From Selaginella moellendorffii (Eukaryota; Plantae; Lycopodiophyta), in NCBI RefSeq assembly GCF_000143415.4, contig NW_003314358.1, positions 192,827 through 256,826 on the forward strand: a stretch of 64,000 nt of DNA, written 5' to 3'. Of the stretch, positions 20,901-34,314 are shown in pieces. Under the pieces are notes generated by a model that saw nothing but the letters and a program-made list of their open reading frames with translations, was not told the origin of the DNA and did not search any database. The position numbers and the translations under genes were made by a program. Numbering within the stretch: position 1 is the stretch's first letter; the number at the start of each line of letters is the position of its first letter.

Positions 20901-23900
20901 CATTGATATTATTGACGTTGAGATTCAAGTGAGATGAGATGTCTATCTTTAGGATTGATATTGAGTTTCATTAGTCTCAATAGAGATAGTGTTGATGATT
21001 CGGTTGTAGCTTTGTGTTATTAGCATTCGTGCATTTGCTAGTTAGCAACTGTATTGACGTTCAAACGAGCTGAGTGGCAAGTTTGAGTTAGTTGTGTTCT
21101 AAACGAGATTATTTAGTAGGGGTTGAGCTTTGAGCTTTTCCTTGAAAAGTGATTCAGTCGTGAACTATGCTAACTCTACAAGTGGAAGAGTTAGTGATTG
21201 ATATTAGAATGTTTGAATCCTTATTGGATTTGAGTTGGAATATATTGATCATTGATGATTCTTTTTGTGCTTGTTATGAAGTGAGTTACGTCTTGCTATG
21301 GATGGATTCATGAAGGATCGTTTGGTGATCACTTGTTCAGCATAGCTTCGTTATGCTTAGCTTTTGGATTGATGCAGACATGCTCTTCATTAGCTTGGCA
21401 TTATGAAGTTTAGCTTATGGATGTGTTGAGGAGGATATTATGGGTTGTACTATAATTTCTTCTTTCGCATTGAAGTTAGTTCATGCGAGACTTGTGATCA
21501 TTGTTAGGAAAGACTTGGCTATAGACTTCTTCGAGCTTTTGGTTCTTTGAGTTTTCATGCTCATTGTTCCATTTGTTAGGAGTTGTTGGGGGAAGGCATT
21601 TTGGCTCATTAGCTTCGATGTTGACATTAGTATTTGCATCTAGCAATCATTGGTGATGATTAATTATCATCTAAGATAGTTGATTATCCTTGTCAAGGGT
21701 TTTGTTTGGTTGTTGTTGATATAGAATGATTCGCTGCTCTTTGAGATAGTGGATTCTTTCTTAGACGATGATTATGCATCTCTCTATTGATAAGATGATT
21801 GATGATCTTTTATGGTGGTTAGTTGTTCTCTTTGATGGCTTGTGGCTTTTCGCAATATCACATGTTCTCTGTGATTTGCTCTGGATTGGTCTCTTGGGTT
21901 TGAGACATTAAGTAGGATGTTGCTGACACTTGCTTAGGCAACTTAAGTTCCTTAGTATTATTGGCTGGGATCTATTTAGATTGACTTCTATGATAGTTGG
22001 CATGAATGGGTGTTTGTTAGTCTTACCGCATTCATTTTGTTCTGTTGATTATCGCTTGAGTTAGTTCTGATAGTTTGGGATGTTATTTCCTTCGGGTGAT
22101 ACATTCGCGAGCATTGTGCTTGTTAGTCAATGATACTTTGTGTCTTTTGAGTTATCTCTAGTAAGTTATTGGCTTACTGTCTACTATCTTCGGTAGTTAA
22201 GTTTCATCATTGAGTTTACTTGATGATATACTTGCTATTGAATTTTGTTGGATGGTGAATCCTATGTTTACAAATTTTGATGATCTTGGTGGTTCCTATA
22301 CTATACTAGTTTATCGGATGATAACTTGCTTAGAATACTTTTGTGTTCTACTCTAAGATTTAATCATTGGTAATTAAGTCTCTAAGATATCATTGTCTCT
22401 GACTTTGATATTGTCCATCTCTTGATCTTTGAGTTTGGGCCAGTATAGGCAGACTGGCTTCGGCACTTCGTGTGCATGTTGAAATCTCTAGTCATGGGGT
22501 AGCTACTGTCGACTGGTCACATAACCCGCCTCTTTGTCGATGTTCCTTATTCCGTTGAAAGGGCGTGACCGTGTAAACAACTCTACCTGCCTGTTTACAG
22601 TAGTCTATCTAAACCTTACCGACGGGTTTGGTTTCTTTGCTTAGGAGGGTAGGGGCCTCTGGCTTCTCTCTCTATGTTCCTGCGGGCAGGGCATATCACA
22701 CTTTTGTAAGCTGGGTGACTCCCAGAGCAGCAGGGGTGGCTGACTCCGTTGGTCATTTCCTTGTCGGCGACGGCCGGAAGGTGTCTGAGCTGGTAGCGCA
22801 TCCGCGTTAGACAAAGAGGTTCCCCCTAACTCATTTAAGTTGGTGCATTTCTCACATAGTGTGAGTACCGTGAACTTTTTATGGAGTTGTTTCCTTGGCG
22901 GTATTCTAGACTGGAGTATGCATCGACGAGGACGTCGATCTTCCCTAGGGGGGGAGAGTGTCGCGCATGTGACTTCGGGTATCGAAAGTTACCTGTCGAC
23001 TAGTCCTTACGGACACTCTTACCTTACTGCCACGATGGCAGGAGGTCGGTATTGCTGGACCCGTTATCAGTTTCCCACTTGAGCTAGTTGAGAAACTGGT
23101 CAATGACCGTGTACTTAGATCGGATAAACATAAGGTAGGAACCCTATGTGTTTCTTGCTGAGCATACTCGGCCTGGTTTGAGAAACTCCTGTCATTGGCT
23201 TGCACTTGCTAGTATCAAGAACCCCCGCGATATTGAGATTGGTCCCTCAACATCGCTAGATGATAGCTTACCGTGTCTGCCAAACACCCTCGCTATCATG
23301 CCCTTTGTGTTAGTCTCATTTCGGTCCCAAATGCTATTTATGGAAAGTGTCCAGATTTGCTCATTTGGCATATCTACAGAATGTAGAGATCGGCCTGAAC
23401 ACAATGGTGTTTGTCCCGTGTCCAAATTCGCAATCTAAGGACATTCCATATTTAGTAAGTTTCGAGTTTGTCCCAGAGACTAACTCCTGATACTAAGGGA
23501 GGCTTGGGGTGAAAGCCCAAAGCGTGTGTTCCTCAAGGGGGGGGGGCTGTGGGGGGTTCCAAATGTATAGTAGGGATAGTGGGTAGGTCGGGTATGGCCG
23601 ACCAACCTGAGGCATAGTCTAGCTTCCGCTTGCGTGCCTGTCCTTGTTCTGCGTCCGGCTTGGGCCTAAGCCCAAGTTCCATTCCATGCTAGTTGGTGGA
23701 GTACCCATGTCCTCGCGTTAGGCCACTGGTATGCCGAAATAGCGCCAGACTCCGTTTGGCTCCGTTTTGCGTGCTGGTCCTGGCATTGGGATGCTGGTTA
23801 CTCTAGGACTGTTCCAAGTCGCTCTGGGCTCCTGTCCCTTCGCTCCTTGGGCTTTATGCTCGGGAGTTGCTCCGTGGTTCGGTTCCGTCACTCCTTGGCT

Positions 23901-24103
23901 CCATGCTTGGGAGTTTGGCACCATTCCTTTGTTCAGTGGCCCAAGGCCCTGAACCTCGGGTTCCTATGGACACGTGGCATGGACACGTGGCATGTGACAC
24001 GTGGCATCTGTCACGTGGCACAAAGAGGGTTTAGGTTCCGCTTCGTGGTGTTATCCTATGGTAAATCACTATAGGATAAAGGGTCAAAACCACGTGCGCT
24101 ACA

Positions 24104-24420
24104 GAGATGGACCCGAGATGGAGTCCGAGATGGAGTCCGAGATGGGACCCGAGATAGAGTCCGAGATGGGACCCGAGATGGAGTCCGAGATGGACCCGAT
24201 ATGAAGTCCGAGATGGACCTGAGATGGAGTCTGAGATGGACCCGAGATGGAGTCCGAAGTCGAGACCGAGACCGAGATCGGGACCGAGACCGAGACCGAG
24301 ACCGAGATCGGGACCGAGACCGAGACCGAGGCCGAGGCCGAGGCCGAGTCCGAGTCCGAGTCCGAGTCCGAGTCCGAGTCCGAGTCCGAGTCCGAGTCCG
24401 AGTCCGAGTTCGAGTCTGAG
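24104..24420 (+). repeat. Hexamer satellite in LTR B, right part, grading into (GAGACC)n, (GAGGCC)n and (GAGTCC)n
   Basis: Direct reading. Confidence 0.92.
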
Positions 24421-25762
24421 AGGGTGAAAGCCCAAAGCGTTCGTCTCCCAGACCCTGGGGGGTTTGGTGAGCTCCAAAAGTATAGTAGGGGGAGGATTGC
24501 AGTGGAGCCAGTTTTGCCAGGAAAGGCCAGTTTGGCCCAGGAAGGCCGGACCCAGTGTTGGGTGATGAGATGCCCACTGTGAAGTCCAAGACTGGAGTGA
24601 ACACGGACCGACAAGTGGGGTAGCTTGGTGAAGTGTTCAAGAGCCGGCTCTAGTTCCCCCGGGAGATCGACTGGCCGATGCTCCCAGTCCAAGTGTGGGT
24701 GGCACTACCTACTTGGATACCTGGTGTGGCTCAACGGAACCCCGCTCTAAGCCCATGGCTAGAGCACCCAAAGGTAGAAGGCGAGGAGAGTACCCAGGTG
24801 GCTCGCGTAAGGCCACGGTGTTCCGAAATGTTGTCCCAAAGACCCAGACTGTGGAAAGGAAGCGGAGCAGTCCTCTGGGGTAGTGACCAAGGACACAGTC
24901 GTGTGGTGAGTAAGTCCCAGAGGACTGTGGGACTTAGTGGTCGGGCCTGTGGGTCTCGATCTAGTGGCAGTGTTGGCAAACACGGCCAGGGGCAGAAAGG
25001 GGACTTAGTGGGGACTGACAAAGGGATATTGGGGAAGGCGATTTCCCTTGTTTATGGGCATCCTAAGGATACTAAGGAGTGGATCTGAGATGACCACTCA
25101 CGGATGGTTTGCCTAGTCTTGGATAGCCAAGACTGTGATGCAAGTGGTATTGGACTACCAGTGTGGCAAAGGTGATTGGGCATGGCCTCAGCGTAACGGG
25201 CTGCTATGTCGGTGGTACCTTTGAGTGTCGGTCATGGGATCAAACACGTGGAGCACTTGGACCAAGTGCAAATGTTGAGTGGCATGGATGCCATTCTCGG
25301 GGCTAGCAAGTCCCAAGTCCTGGATTGGACTTATGGAGGTTGTGAGTGAGACTCCTCCAAGTGGTTGGAGGTGTGGTTAAGTGACTAAAGTAAAATGGAA
25401 AATTTAGTCGCTTACAGATTGGAGCATTCTTACAGACATCTTCAAATATACATTTAGACTTACCAACGATTGTGATAATGTCTTTCAACAATTGCATCAT
25501 TTTTATCAAGGGTCATCTCAGTCAATAATGCAAATTTGTGTTGTTTCTAAAGCATCTTGCTTTGTGCAGAGCTAAATATGTCGAAACAGATCAAATTGGG
25601 AATATTGTGGCTAACACTTTGTCAAAATCTTGTAAGACTTGTGCATGCACTTGTTCTAGCTACTTTTGATGATGCTCACTCAAGCTATGGCAAGGAGAAT
25701 GGCTGGAATCAAATAATATAATGCTGGCAAAATCAGGAGCCTCACATAAAAATCCTAAATTC

Positions 25763-27924
25763 TTAGCTCCCATCGAGGATGCCAGCCAGCGTCACGTATG
25801 AGGACGATTCGCACGGCTCCAACGCCACCGCCCTCCCCGCCGCCAGTGTGCCACGCTGTGCGTCGCCGTGGCTCCAGCACGAGCTCAGCAACGATTGCCA
25901 CAGCGCACCCCCGTCGGATTTAAACGGCATGCCCCGGATGAGATCCTCCGCGTCACCCAGCTTGCCCGCCCTGCCCAGGAGAACAATCATGCAGCAGTAG
26001 TGCCACGCCGTGGGCGAGAGGCCGTGGTCCTGGGCGGACGAGAGGAAGATCTCGATCGCCAACTGGAGCGCCCCAGCGTGGCTGCAAGTGCTGAGGATCA
26101 TGAGGAAGCTCACCCCGTCGGGATCGATCCCATCAAGCAGCATGGATTGGAAGGACACCAGGCAGCTCGCGATGCGCCCGCTGTGCGCATAGGCCGCGAT
26201 CATCGTGTTCCACGCGATCAAATTCCTCACGGGCATGGCGAGGAAGCTCCTCTCGGCATCACCCATGCAGCCGCATTTGGCATACATGTTGACGATTGCA
26301 CCGCCCAGCACGAGATCCCTGCCGCCGCCCAAGTACTCCACCACGATCTTCCCGACCTGGAGATCCGAGACCACCGCACACGCATCGAGGATTGCCACTA
26401 GTGTTTCCGGATCCGGCTCCGTCCCCTCAAGATCCATCAGACGGAAGAGCTGGATCGTGTGCTTGGATCGGCCGTCCTGGCGTAGGCCAGGATTATCGCT
26501 GCCCACAGGCAGAGCGGGCGATCCGGCGAGGCATCGAAGATCGCGCGCGCGGAATCTCGCAATGTAGCCGGTCATCATCCCATTCCACGAGCAGATCATG
26601 GGGGTGAGGTCGAATATCCGCCGCGATTCCTCCAAATGCCCCGCTTGGGCATTTGCGAAAGCCAGAGCGTTCCAGGAGACATGGCTGTGTTGCGGCATAG
26701 AGGAGAATATACTTTGCACAGATTGTATATTCGTTTGCTCCGCGTACACCATCACCATGGTGTTCCATGAAAACGTGTCGTGCCCCGGTATCTTGTCAAA
26801 CAACCCTTCTGATTGCTGCAAATGCCCGGTTTCGGCATATGCCTAGAGCATGCAGTTCCAGCAGACGAGATTCTTGGGCGATGCCATGGAGTGAAATATA
26901 CCCGTGGCATCTTCCAGATTTCCTGCTTTTGCAGCCGCCGCAATCGCCAGCGTGCTCGTGATCACGTCCTCCTCTGGCACCGCTGCAGCAATTGTCTTGA
27001 ACTCCTCGTACTCGGACTGGCAGTGGCAATTCGCAGCGCAGGCGTGGAGGAAGCTGTTTCAGGAGACGATGCTGTGCTGCGGGATCCTGCCGAAGATCTC
27101 GCACACCAAGCCCAGATCACGATCGAGTGCACGGGCATCACGTCGAACATCCGCCGTGCACCACAGAGGTCGCCGCTGGCTGCGTGGGCTTCAAGTAGCG
27201 CGTTCCATGACACCACATTGGGCTCGGGGATCCGCTTGAAGAGGACCCAAGCGGTGCCCAAGTCCCCGGTTTGGGCAAATCCCGCAAGCATGGTGGTGCA
27301 CGACACCACGTCCCAACTGGGGAGCCTCTCAAACGCAAGCTTGGCGGTGGCCAGTTCTCCGAGGGTAATGTGTATATCGAGAATGGTGTTCCACGACACT
27401 ATGCTCCTCTCGAGCATAGCAAGAAACAGTTCGTGAATGTGGGAAATATGCTCAGACCGGGCATATGCTGCGAGAATTATATTACAAGAGACAACGCTGC
27501 GCTGTGGCATTTTGTTGAAGAGTTTCTCGGCGGTGGTGGTATCCCCGCCGCGTATAAACGCACTGATTAGTAGATTCCAGCTGAAAACGTTCCTCTCTCC
27601 CATCGAGTCTGTGATTCGTACAGATGGCCGCCAAGATGATCATGTTCCAGGAGAAGACGTTGCGATTGCGCAGGCTCTGGAAGAGGGATTGCGACTCGTG
27701 GAGACATCCATGGTAGCCATAGAGCTGGATGAGGGAATTCACCAGGAGATTGTCTTGGGTCTGGCTGGCCCTGGCAATTAGCGTGTGGAGACGCCGGCCT
27801 TTGTTGAGTGCTCGCAGCCGGCAGCATTCCCAGAGGAGATTGGCACAGAGATCTCGTTGGAATGGAGCTTGCGCCGCCTCCAGTTGATCGATCGCGTGCT
27901 TGAGACCAGAGTGGACCTTAGCAT
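25763..27924 (-). pseudogene. PLS/E-class PPR pseudogene, inverted paralog of 32062-34314
   Basis: Near-identical peptide blocks to the intact gene, split across frames by several small deletions. Confidence 0.9.
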
Positions 27925-28309
27925 CAAATTTAGAACCTTTGAATCATGCTCGGTGCAATTATTTACTGTTTAGAAGTTGTTATAACTTTGAAAAGAAATT
28001 CAGTAGCTATATATATTTATATTAATTTATTTTGAAGGAAAAAGGAATAAATCATTAATAATATTTTGAAATACTATTATTTTTGTTGTTAATGTTATTT
28101 TAAATATTAATAATTTGATATAGGTTATGAGTGCAATGGTATATAGAAATGTAATATAGAAATGCATATATCAATTTGCCCATGAGTGAGTGGAGTAACT
28201 TTATATACAGAAGTAAGTGGTCTAGATTAAAACCAAATTAAGAATTATCAAAATCTTACTATGTTAATATTAATATATGATATCATAGCTATACACTTGG
28301 ACTTCACAT

Positions 28310-30200
28310 CATCCCTTCCTCTCTAAATGATGGAAGACAATCAAGGTTCTTTCATGGATACGCTGAGATCTGGAGGAATATCATAAGGTAGTATCAATGG
28401 ATTTGTAAGTGATGTCAATTGTTTTTGATCCTTTTGTACGAAGCATTTTAATTGTTGCATATGCACAATTTTTGGAGGATTGGCTTGTTAAACATCATGT
28501 CTAACCTCAAAAACTTGTGATCCAACTTGCCATAACACTTAATACAATCCCTTCTACTAAGTAAAGAGTCTTTTAGACAAACCACGTACAGACATGTTCC
28601 TCCCACGTCCCCTTTGAGTGGATTAAGACATCATTAATGAAATCAATAATCACTTCCAGTATATTGCAAAGAACCTCATCCATCATCCACTGAAAAATTG
28701 TTAGAGCATTGTTTAAACACAATGGCATCACCAAGAACTTGTACAAACCAAATAACATTAAAAAGTAGTCTTAGGAATATCTTCTTTGGCCATTAGCATT
28801 TGGTAGTTTCTAGAAGCAAAATTTAACTTGGTAAACTAACAATTTCGCCCCAGACAATCCAAAAGATCAACAATGTGAGGAAAAGGGTACACATCCAAAA
28901 TTGTCACTTCGTTTAATACTTGATGCAAAAACAAATACCCCTATTAAGCTTTGTCACAAAATAAGATTCATATACCCAAGTACTTTGCGACTTTCGAATA
29001 ATAACCTTTTCTAACATCTCTTTGACGTTTGTATGGAAAATCTTGATCTCTTTTAATGACTGATGACGAACAAGAATCTTGATTAGATGAGCATCCTTAG
29101 TTGGAATAGGATGATATGTTGCCAGCTTGGCCCCAAAAAATAGGCCAAAATCAAAAAGATCAACACACTCCTTCATGAGCTGATTAATTGCTACAACACA
29201 AAAACTGTTGGAAGGATCGAAAGAGGAAATAAAGGAACAAGATGGAAACAAAGAAGAAAGTAATAGGGAGATAAAAGTGATGGAAGCAAAAGTAATAATA
29301 AAAGGACAAAGAAGAAAAGAAGTGAGAAAAATGGAATAAATATAAAAAAGTATGAGACAAGGGGGAAAAACCTAAAAAAAAAATTAGCATGATTCTGTTG
29401 CAACCAATTTATATTAAGAATGAGGTCAAAAGCTTGATTCGACACCACTCACAATGGTTGCAGCTCAAACTCGAGATTGTCTATATGCACAACTAGGTTT
29501 GCCTTATCCCATGCACATGTGTATGTATAACTGTTGTTATAAAGAATGAAAACTAACTCTACCACACGACGCAAATGTAAATGGCAATGTGTAGCAACAG
29601 ACTGAGAAATAGAAGATAAACTCAAGTTTGTATCAACCAATATAAAAAGAATATCACCTTGCTCTTGTCCTTGAACTCAAGCAGCAATAGCATCAACTTC
29701 CATTAAAGCAAGACTATTTTTTATAAAAAGTGGAGCTAAAAGATGTTTAACAAGAAGTGAAAGAGGTGATATTATGCCAAGTGAATGATACAAACATCCA
29801 GTACAGCTTTTCCCGCTCCTAATCACCGCCAGGCGATCGATTGGCCTGTCCAGAGAAGAGATGCTGTTGCTATTGCTATTGGTGCTAGTGCTGCTCTCGG
29901 TGTCCTCGTCCTTCATCATCTTGCTCGTCGCTCTGGCGATGGATACTCCCAATGGATTGATCGCTTACCTCACCCCAGTTTGGTTGTGTAATTATCTTAG
30001 TCTTTTAGTGCCCTTTGTGAAACATGAGACTTTTTAGATACAAAGATGAAAGTTGGATAGTTGCAACTACCTTTGGCATCTTCTTTGTTGTTAATATCAT
30101 TGCCATTGCTTTGGTTTTATGGCTGTGATTGTGAACTTGCATTGTGTGATGTGTAGTTGCCATGTGGAACTCTCTAGCAATGCAATGTTAGAGGTGTTTC
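28310..30200 (-). mobile_element. Degenerate Ty3/Gypsy gag-protease-RT fragment
   Basis: FGLYKFLVMPL.L.NA..IFQ.MM, FINDVLIHSK (degenerate YxDD), LVDT-like protease motif; related to 55900-57560. Confidence 0.8.
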
Positions 30201-30313
30201 TCCTGTTTTAGTAGCTGTTTTTTTCTCTAGACCCTTCAAAAAGTCTATCAACATTATTGTTCCTTTACCAAAAGAAAAGAAACCATCTTAAATTATTAAC
30301 ATATTTTACAAAC

Positions 30314-31060
30314 TTAATAATAGCATGCTGTTTTAGTTGACCATACACTTATAGGTGGTTTTCCATCTTTGGAAAGAACAAGGTTACAATCTATTTGGAG
30401 AGCAAGTATTGATGGTTCAACACATTTAAATTTTCTACAATATGTTCCTGTTGAAAATAAAGCTTTAGAATCAAATGCAGAATAAAGAACTAAATTTCCA
30501 TCCTCTTGTAATCTTAATCTACAATCAAAAATTAATCCATTAGTTCCAGTAAACCATAGAACTATAGTTTTATAATATACAACAGTATTACAATCCTCCT
30601 GTATTATAAACACATACGCTTTATACAGATGTATTAAAAACTCACCTGAACTACGAGTGGATATATGCATCCCTTTATATTTACTAAGTAGTATACTTTT
30701 AAAGATGTTACAAAATTTAAAAGGAAAAGAAAATGAATGAATATTAGAAGAAGGTGTTATCATAAGTGCATAGTTACGTATTGTATAAAGTACTGAGAAA
30801 ACACCAAGATCATGTTGAACAACAACAGTTATAAGATGTGATGCTCTTAAGTTATTAGCAGTATGATATATTTCTCCAGCAACAGTCATTAATAAATGAC
30901 TAACAGCATCATTATTGACTTCACGAATTCCATGATCATTTATTGGACAATTAACACCAGCAGAAAAAATGGCTAATACCATATCAATTATAACCGCTTC
31001 ACCATTTGAAAGACCAGCCCAAAAAAATGAATGGAAAACAGAATGTTCTGGTAGTTCCAT
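30314..31060 (-). CDS. AT-rich intronless ORF with C-terminal bulb-type (B-lectin) mannose-binding domain, possibly 5'-damaged
   Basis: FIIQEDCNTVVY, LRLQEDGNLVLY and LALQIDCNLVL...VWST match the QxDxNxVxY repeats. Confidence 0.7.
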   Translation of the reverse strand: MELPEHSVFHSFFWAGLSNGEAVIIDMVLAIFSAGVNCPINDHGIREVNNDAVSHLLMTVAGEIYHTANNLRASHLITVVVQHDLGVFSVLYTIRNYALMITPSSNIHSFSFPFKFCNIFKSILLSKYKGMHISTRSSGEFLIHLYKAYVFIIQEDCNTVVYYKTIVLWFTGTNGLIFDCRLRLQEDGNLVLYSAFDSKALFSTGTYCRKFKCVEPSILALQIDCNLVLSKDGKPPISVWSTKTACYY

Positions 31061-32061
31061 GTGATGGTAGCCTTTGACCTATAAATGCTGTTAGGCTTAT
31101 CATAATATTTAAATACCCTATTGTATTTTGAAGAGCATTGGATGTTCCATAATCTTCATAATGAAATACATTAGGTGCATAAGCTATTTGAGAGAAAAAA
31201 AATGATAAAATAGAAAAATAAAATAAAATAAATCATTGATAGAAAATATAAAAATTAAATCTCATCTTATATTAGTGTCTTAAAAACAGTTTCATATTAA
31301 CAGATGTCAGATTTTTATTAAACTATAATTATATTATATTTAAATAATTAGGTGATATAAACATATTTCTAAATGGACATAGTTATATACATTACTCTTT
31401 TGCTCTCAACTACATTATAAAAGAGATAAAGTGTTGTAAATTTTAATAAAAGTACCTTATCTAAATCTTATGGTCATTCAACTTTGAATTATATTAATGC
31501 AATCACAATAGAGAATATGCCATCCAAAAAAAGTCTGCATTACCATAGCTTGCAAAAGCTTGCAAAATCTGAAGATTGTATTTGATATATCATGTTCCAA
31601 TTCCATATCAAATCTAAACCATTAGCTTTGATAAACTTGCATTTGATGTTAAGGCTCCATTCCTATGGTTACCTTGTAATGGTTCCCTTTGTTATCTAGA
31701 AGTACTTCTTTTTCCAGAAAGGCTTAATCATTAAAAACTTTTGTTATTATAGACTATTTGAATCGAAATTGTAGTTATAAATACATACTTTTTAGTTTAA
31801 TGCAAGTGTTTTTAATGCTTGGGAGTTGAGCTGTTGATAATTCTTAATTCATCCAACTTTGAGGACTGCATAAAATAAATTGATTCTCACAGAGCTTAGT
31901 GTATTTATTAGGACTCACATTATTTTTACTCACCAATGGTCTGGTTATATTAAATAGAATATACAAGGATACTCAAGTAAAAATTAAAAAGTAATTTAAT
32001 TGCACCTAAAGCAAAGTGGTTGTCCATATTGGAGATAAAGTGAATATAGTTTCTAAATTTG

Positions 32062-34314
32062 ATGCTAAGGCTTCACCCGGGTCTCAAGCACGCGATCGAT
32101 CGACTGGAGGCGGCACAAGCTCCGTTCCAACGAGATCTCTGTGCCAATCTTCTCCGGGAATGCTGCCGGCTGCGAGCGCTAAACGAAGGCCGGCGTCTCC
32201 ACGCGCTAATCGCCAGGGCCGGCCAGACCCAAGACAATCTCCTGGTGAATTCCCTCATCCAGCTCTATGGCTACCATGGATGTCTCCACGAGTCGCAATC
32301 CCTCTTCCAGAGCCTGCGCAATCGCAACGTCTTCTCCTGGAACATGATCATCTCGGCCTACATCCACAGCGGCCATCTGTACGAATCACAGAAACTCTTC
32401 CACTCGATGGGAGAGAGGAACGTTTTCAGCTGGAATCTACTAATCAGTGCGTTCATACGCGGCGGGGATACCACCACCGCCGAGAAACTCTTCAACAAAA
32501 TGCCACAGCGCAGCGTTGTCTCTTGTAATACAATTCTCGCAGCATATGCCCGTTCTGGGCATATTTCCCACATTCACGAACTGTTTCTTGCTATGCTCGA
32601 GAGGAGCATAGTGTCGTGGAACACCATTCTCGATATACACATTACCCTCGGTGAAGTGGCCACCGCCAAGCTTGTGTTTGAGAGGCTCCCCAGTTGGGAC
32701 GTGGTGTCGTGCACCACCATGCTCGCGGGATTTGCCCAAACCGGGGACTTGGGCACCGCTTGGGCCCTCTTCAAGCGGATCCCCGAGCCCAATGTGGTGT
32801 CATGGAACGCGCTACTCGAAGCCCACGCAGCCAGCGGCGACCTCTGTGGCGCACGGCGGATATTCGACGTGATGCCCGTGCGCTCGATCGTGTCGTGGAA
32901 CGAGATCCTCCAGCCAAGCGCGGTGTTGGGCGGGGATCTTGGCTTGATGCGCGAGATCTTCGGCAGGATCCCGCAGCACAGCATCGTCTCCTGGAACATC
33001 TTCCTCCACGCCTGCGCTGCGAATTGCCGCTGCCAGTCCGAGTACGAGGAGTTCAAGACAATTGCCGCAGCGGTGCCGGAGGAGGACGTGGTCACGAGCA
33101 CGCTGGCGATTGCGGCGGCTGCAAAAGCATGGAATCTGGAAGATGCCGAGGGTATATTTCACTCCATGACATCGCCCAAGAATCTCGTCTGCTGGAACTG
33201 CATGCTCCAGGTATATGCCGAAACCGGGCATTTGCAGGAATCAGAAGAGTTATTTGACAAGATGCCGGGACACGACACGTTTTCATGGAACACGATGGTG
33301 ACGGTGTACGCGGAACAAAAGAATATACACTCTGCGCAAAGGATATTCTCCTCTATGCCGCAACGCAGCCATGTCTCCTGGAACGCTCTGGCTTTCGCAA
33401 ATGCCCAAGCGGGGCATTTGGAGGAATCGCGGCGGATATTCGACCTCACCCCCATGACGAACCTCTGCTCGTGGAATGGGATGATGACCGGATACATTGC
33501 GAGCCTCGACCTAGATTCCGCGCGCGCGATCTTCGATGCCTCGCCGGATCGCCCGCTCTGCCTGTGGGCGGCGATGATCCTGGCCTACGCTCAGGACGGC
33601 CGATCCAAGCACGCGATCCAGCTCTTCCGTCTGATGGATCTCGAGGGGACGGAGCCGGATCCGGAAACCCTAGCGGCGATCCTCGACGCGTGCGCGGTGG
33701 TCTCGGATCTCCAGGTCGGGAAGATCGTGGTGGAGTACCTGGGCGGCGGCGGCGGCGTGGATCTCGTGCTGGGCGGCGCGATCGTCAACATGTATGCCAA
33801 ATGCGGCTGCGTGGGCGACGCCGAGAGGAGCTTCCTCGCCATGCCCACGAGGAATTTGATCGCGTGGAACACGATGATCGCGGCCTATGCGCACAGCGGG
33901 CGCATCGCGAGCTGCCTGGCGTCCTTCCAATCCATGCTGCTCGATGGGATCGATCCCGACGGCGTGAGCTTCCTCACGATCCTCAGCGCTTGCAGCCACG
34001 CCGGGGCGCTCCAGTCGGCGATCGAGATCTTCCTCTCGTCCGCCCAGGACCACGGCCTCTCGCCCACGGCGTGGCACTACTGCTGCGTGATTGATCTCCT
34101 GGGCAGGGCGGGCAAGCTGGGCGACGCGGAGGATCTCATCCGGGGCATGCCGTTTAAATCCGACGAGGGCGCGCTGTGGCAGTCGTTCTTGAGCTCGTGC
34201 CGGAGCCACGGCGACGCGCAGCGCGGCACACTGGCGGCGCGGAGGGCGGCGGCGTTGGAGCCGCGCGAATCGTCCTCATACGTGACGCTGGCCGGCGTCC
34301 TCGATGGGAGCTAA
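32062..34314 (+). CDS. PLS-class pentatricopeptide repeat protein with E domain (organellar RNA-editing factor type)
   Basis: 750-aa intronless ORF; many VVSWN/FSWN repeats, NMYAKCG, HYCCVIDLLGRAG, SSYVTL; no DYW domain. Confidence 0.93.
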   Translation: MLRLHPGLKHAIDRLEAAQAPFQRDLCANLLRECCRLRALNEGRRLHALIARAGQTQDNLLVNSLIQLYGYHGCLHESQSLFQSLRNRNVFSWNMIISAYIHSGHLYESQKLFHSMGERNVFSWNLLISAFIRGGDTTTAEKLFNKMPQRSVVSCNTILAAYARSGHISHIHELFLAMLERSIVSWNTILDIHITLGEVATAKLVFERLPSWDVVSCTTMLAGFAQTGDLGTAWALFKRIPEPNVVSWNALLEAHAASGDLCGARRIFDVMPVRSIVSWNEILQPSAVLGGDLGLMREIFGRIPQHSIVSWNIFLHACAANCRCQSEYEEFKTIAAAVPEEDVVTSTLAIAAAAKAWNLEDAEGIFHSMTSPKNLVCWNCMLQVYAETGHLQESEELFDKMPGHDTFSWNTMVTVYAEQKNIHSAQRIFSSMPQRSHVSWNALAFANAQAGHLEESRRIFDLTPMTNLCSWNGMMTGYIASLDLDSARAIFDASPDRPLCLWAAMILAYAQDGRSKHAIQLFRLMDLEGTEPDPETLAAILDACAVVSDLQVGKIVVEYLGGGGGVDLVLGGAIVNMYAKCGCVGDAERSFLAMPTRNLIAWNTMIAAYAHSGRIASCLASFQSMLLDGIDPDGVSFLTILSACSHAGALQSAIEIFLSSAQDHGLSPTAWHYCCVIDLLGRAGKLGDAEDLIRGMPFKSDEGALWQSFLSSCRSHGDAQRGTLAARRAAALEPRESSSYVTLAGVLDGS

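Larger units (their letters stand above)
16812..24103 (+). mobile_element. Young non-autonomous (LARD-like) LTR retroelement, family A, 7292 bp
   Basis: 1145-bp LTRs 16812-17956 and 22959-24103 (I noticed only ~2 differences); TSD GAGAT; PBS TGGTATCAGAG at 17959; [15 protein letters not shown] at 22947-22958; no internal ORF over ~80 aa. Confidence 0.93.
16386..25416 (+). mobile_element. Solo LTR of family B (~1.73 kb net), split by a family A insertion
   Basis: TG at 16386 and CA at 25416; TSD GATTG at 16381-16385 and 25417-25421; single GATTG in the empty-site copy at ~55399. Confidence 0.88.

Noticed and set aside
24031-24692. RS-, SD- and LG-repeat ORFs as real proteins
   Set aside because: They are translations of a stop-free hexamer satellite inside an LTR.
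32574-34209. Long antisense and alternate-frame ORFs over the PPR, AP2 and bZIP genes
   Set aside because: Shadow ORFs of GC-rich coding sequence with no recognisable motifs.
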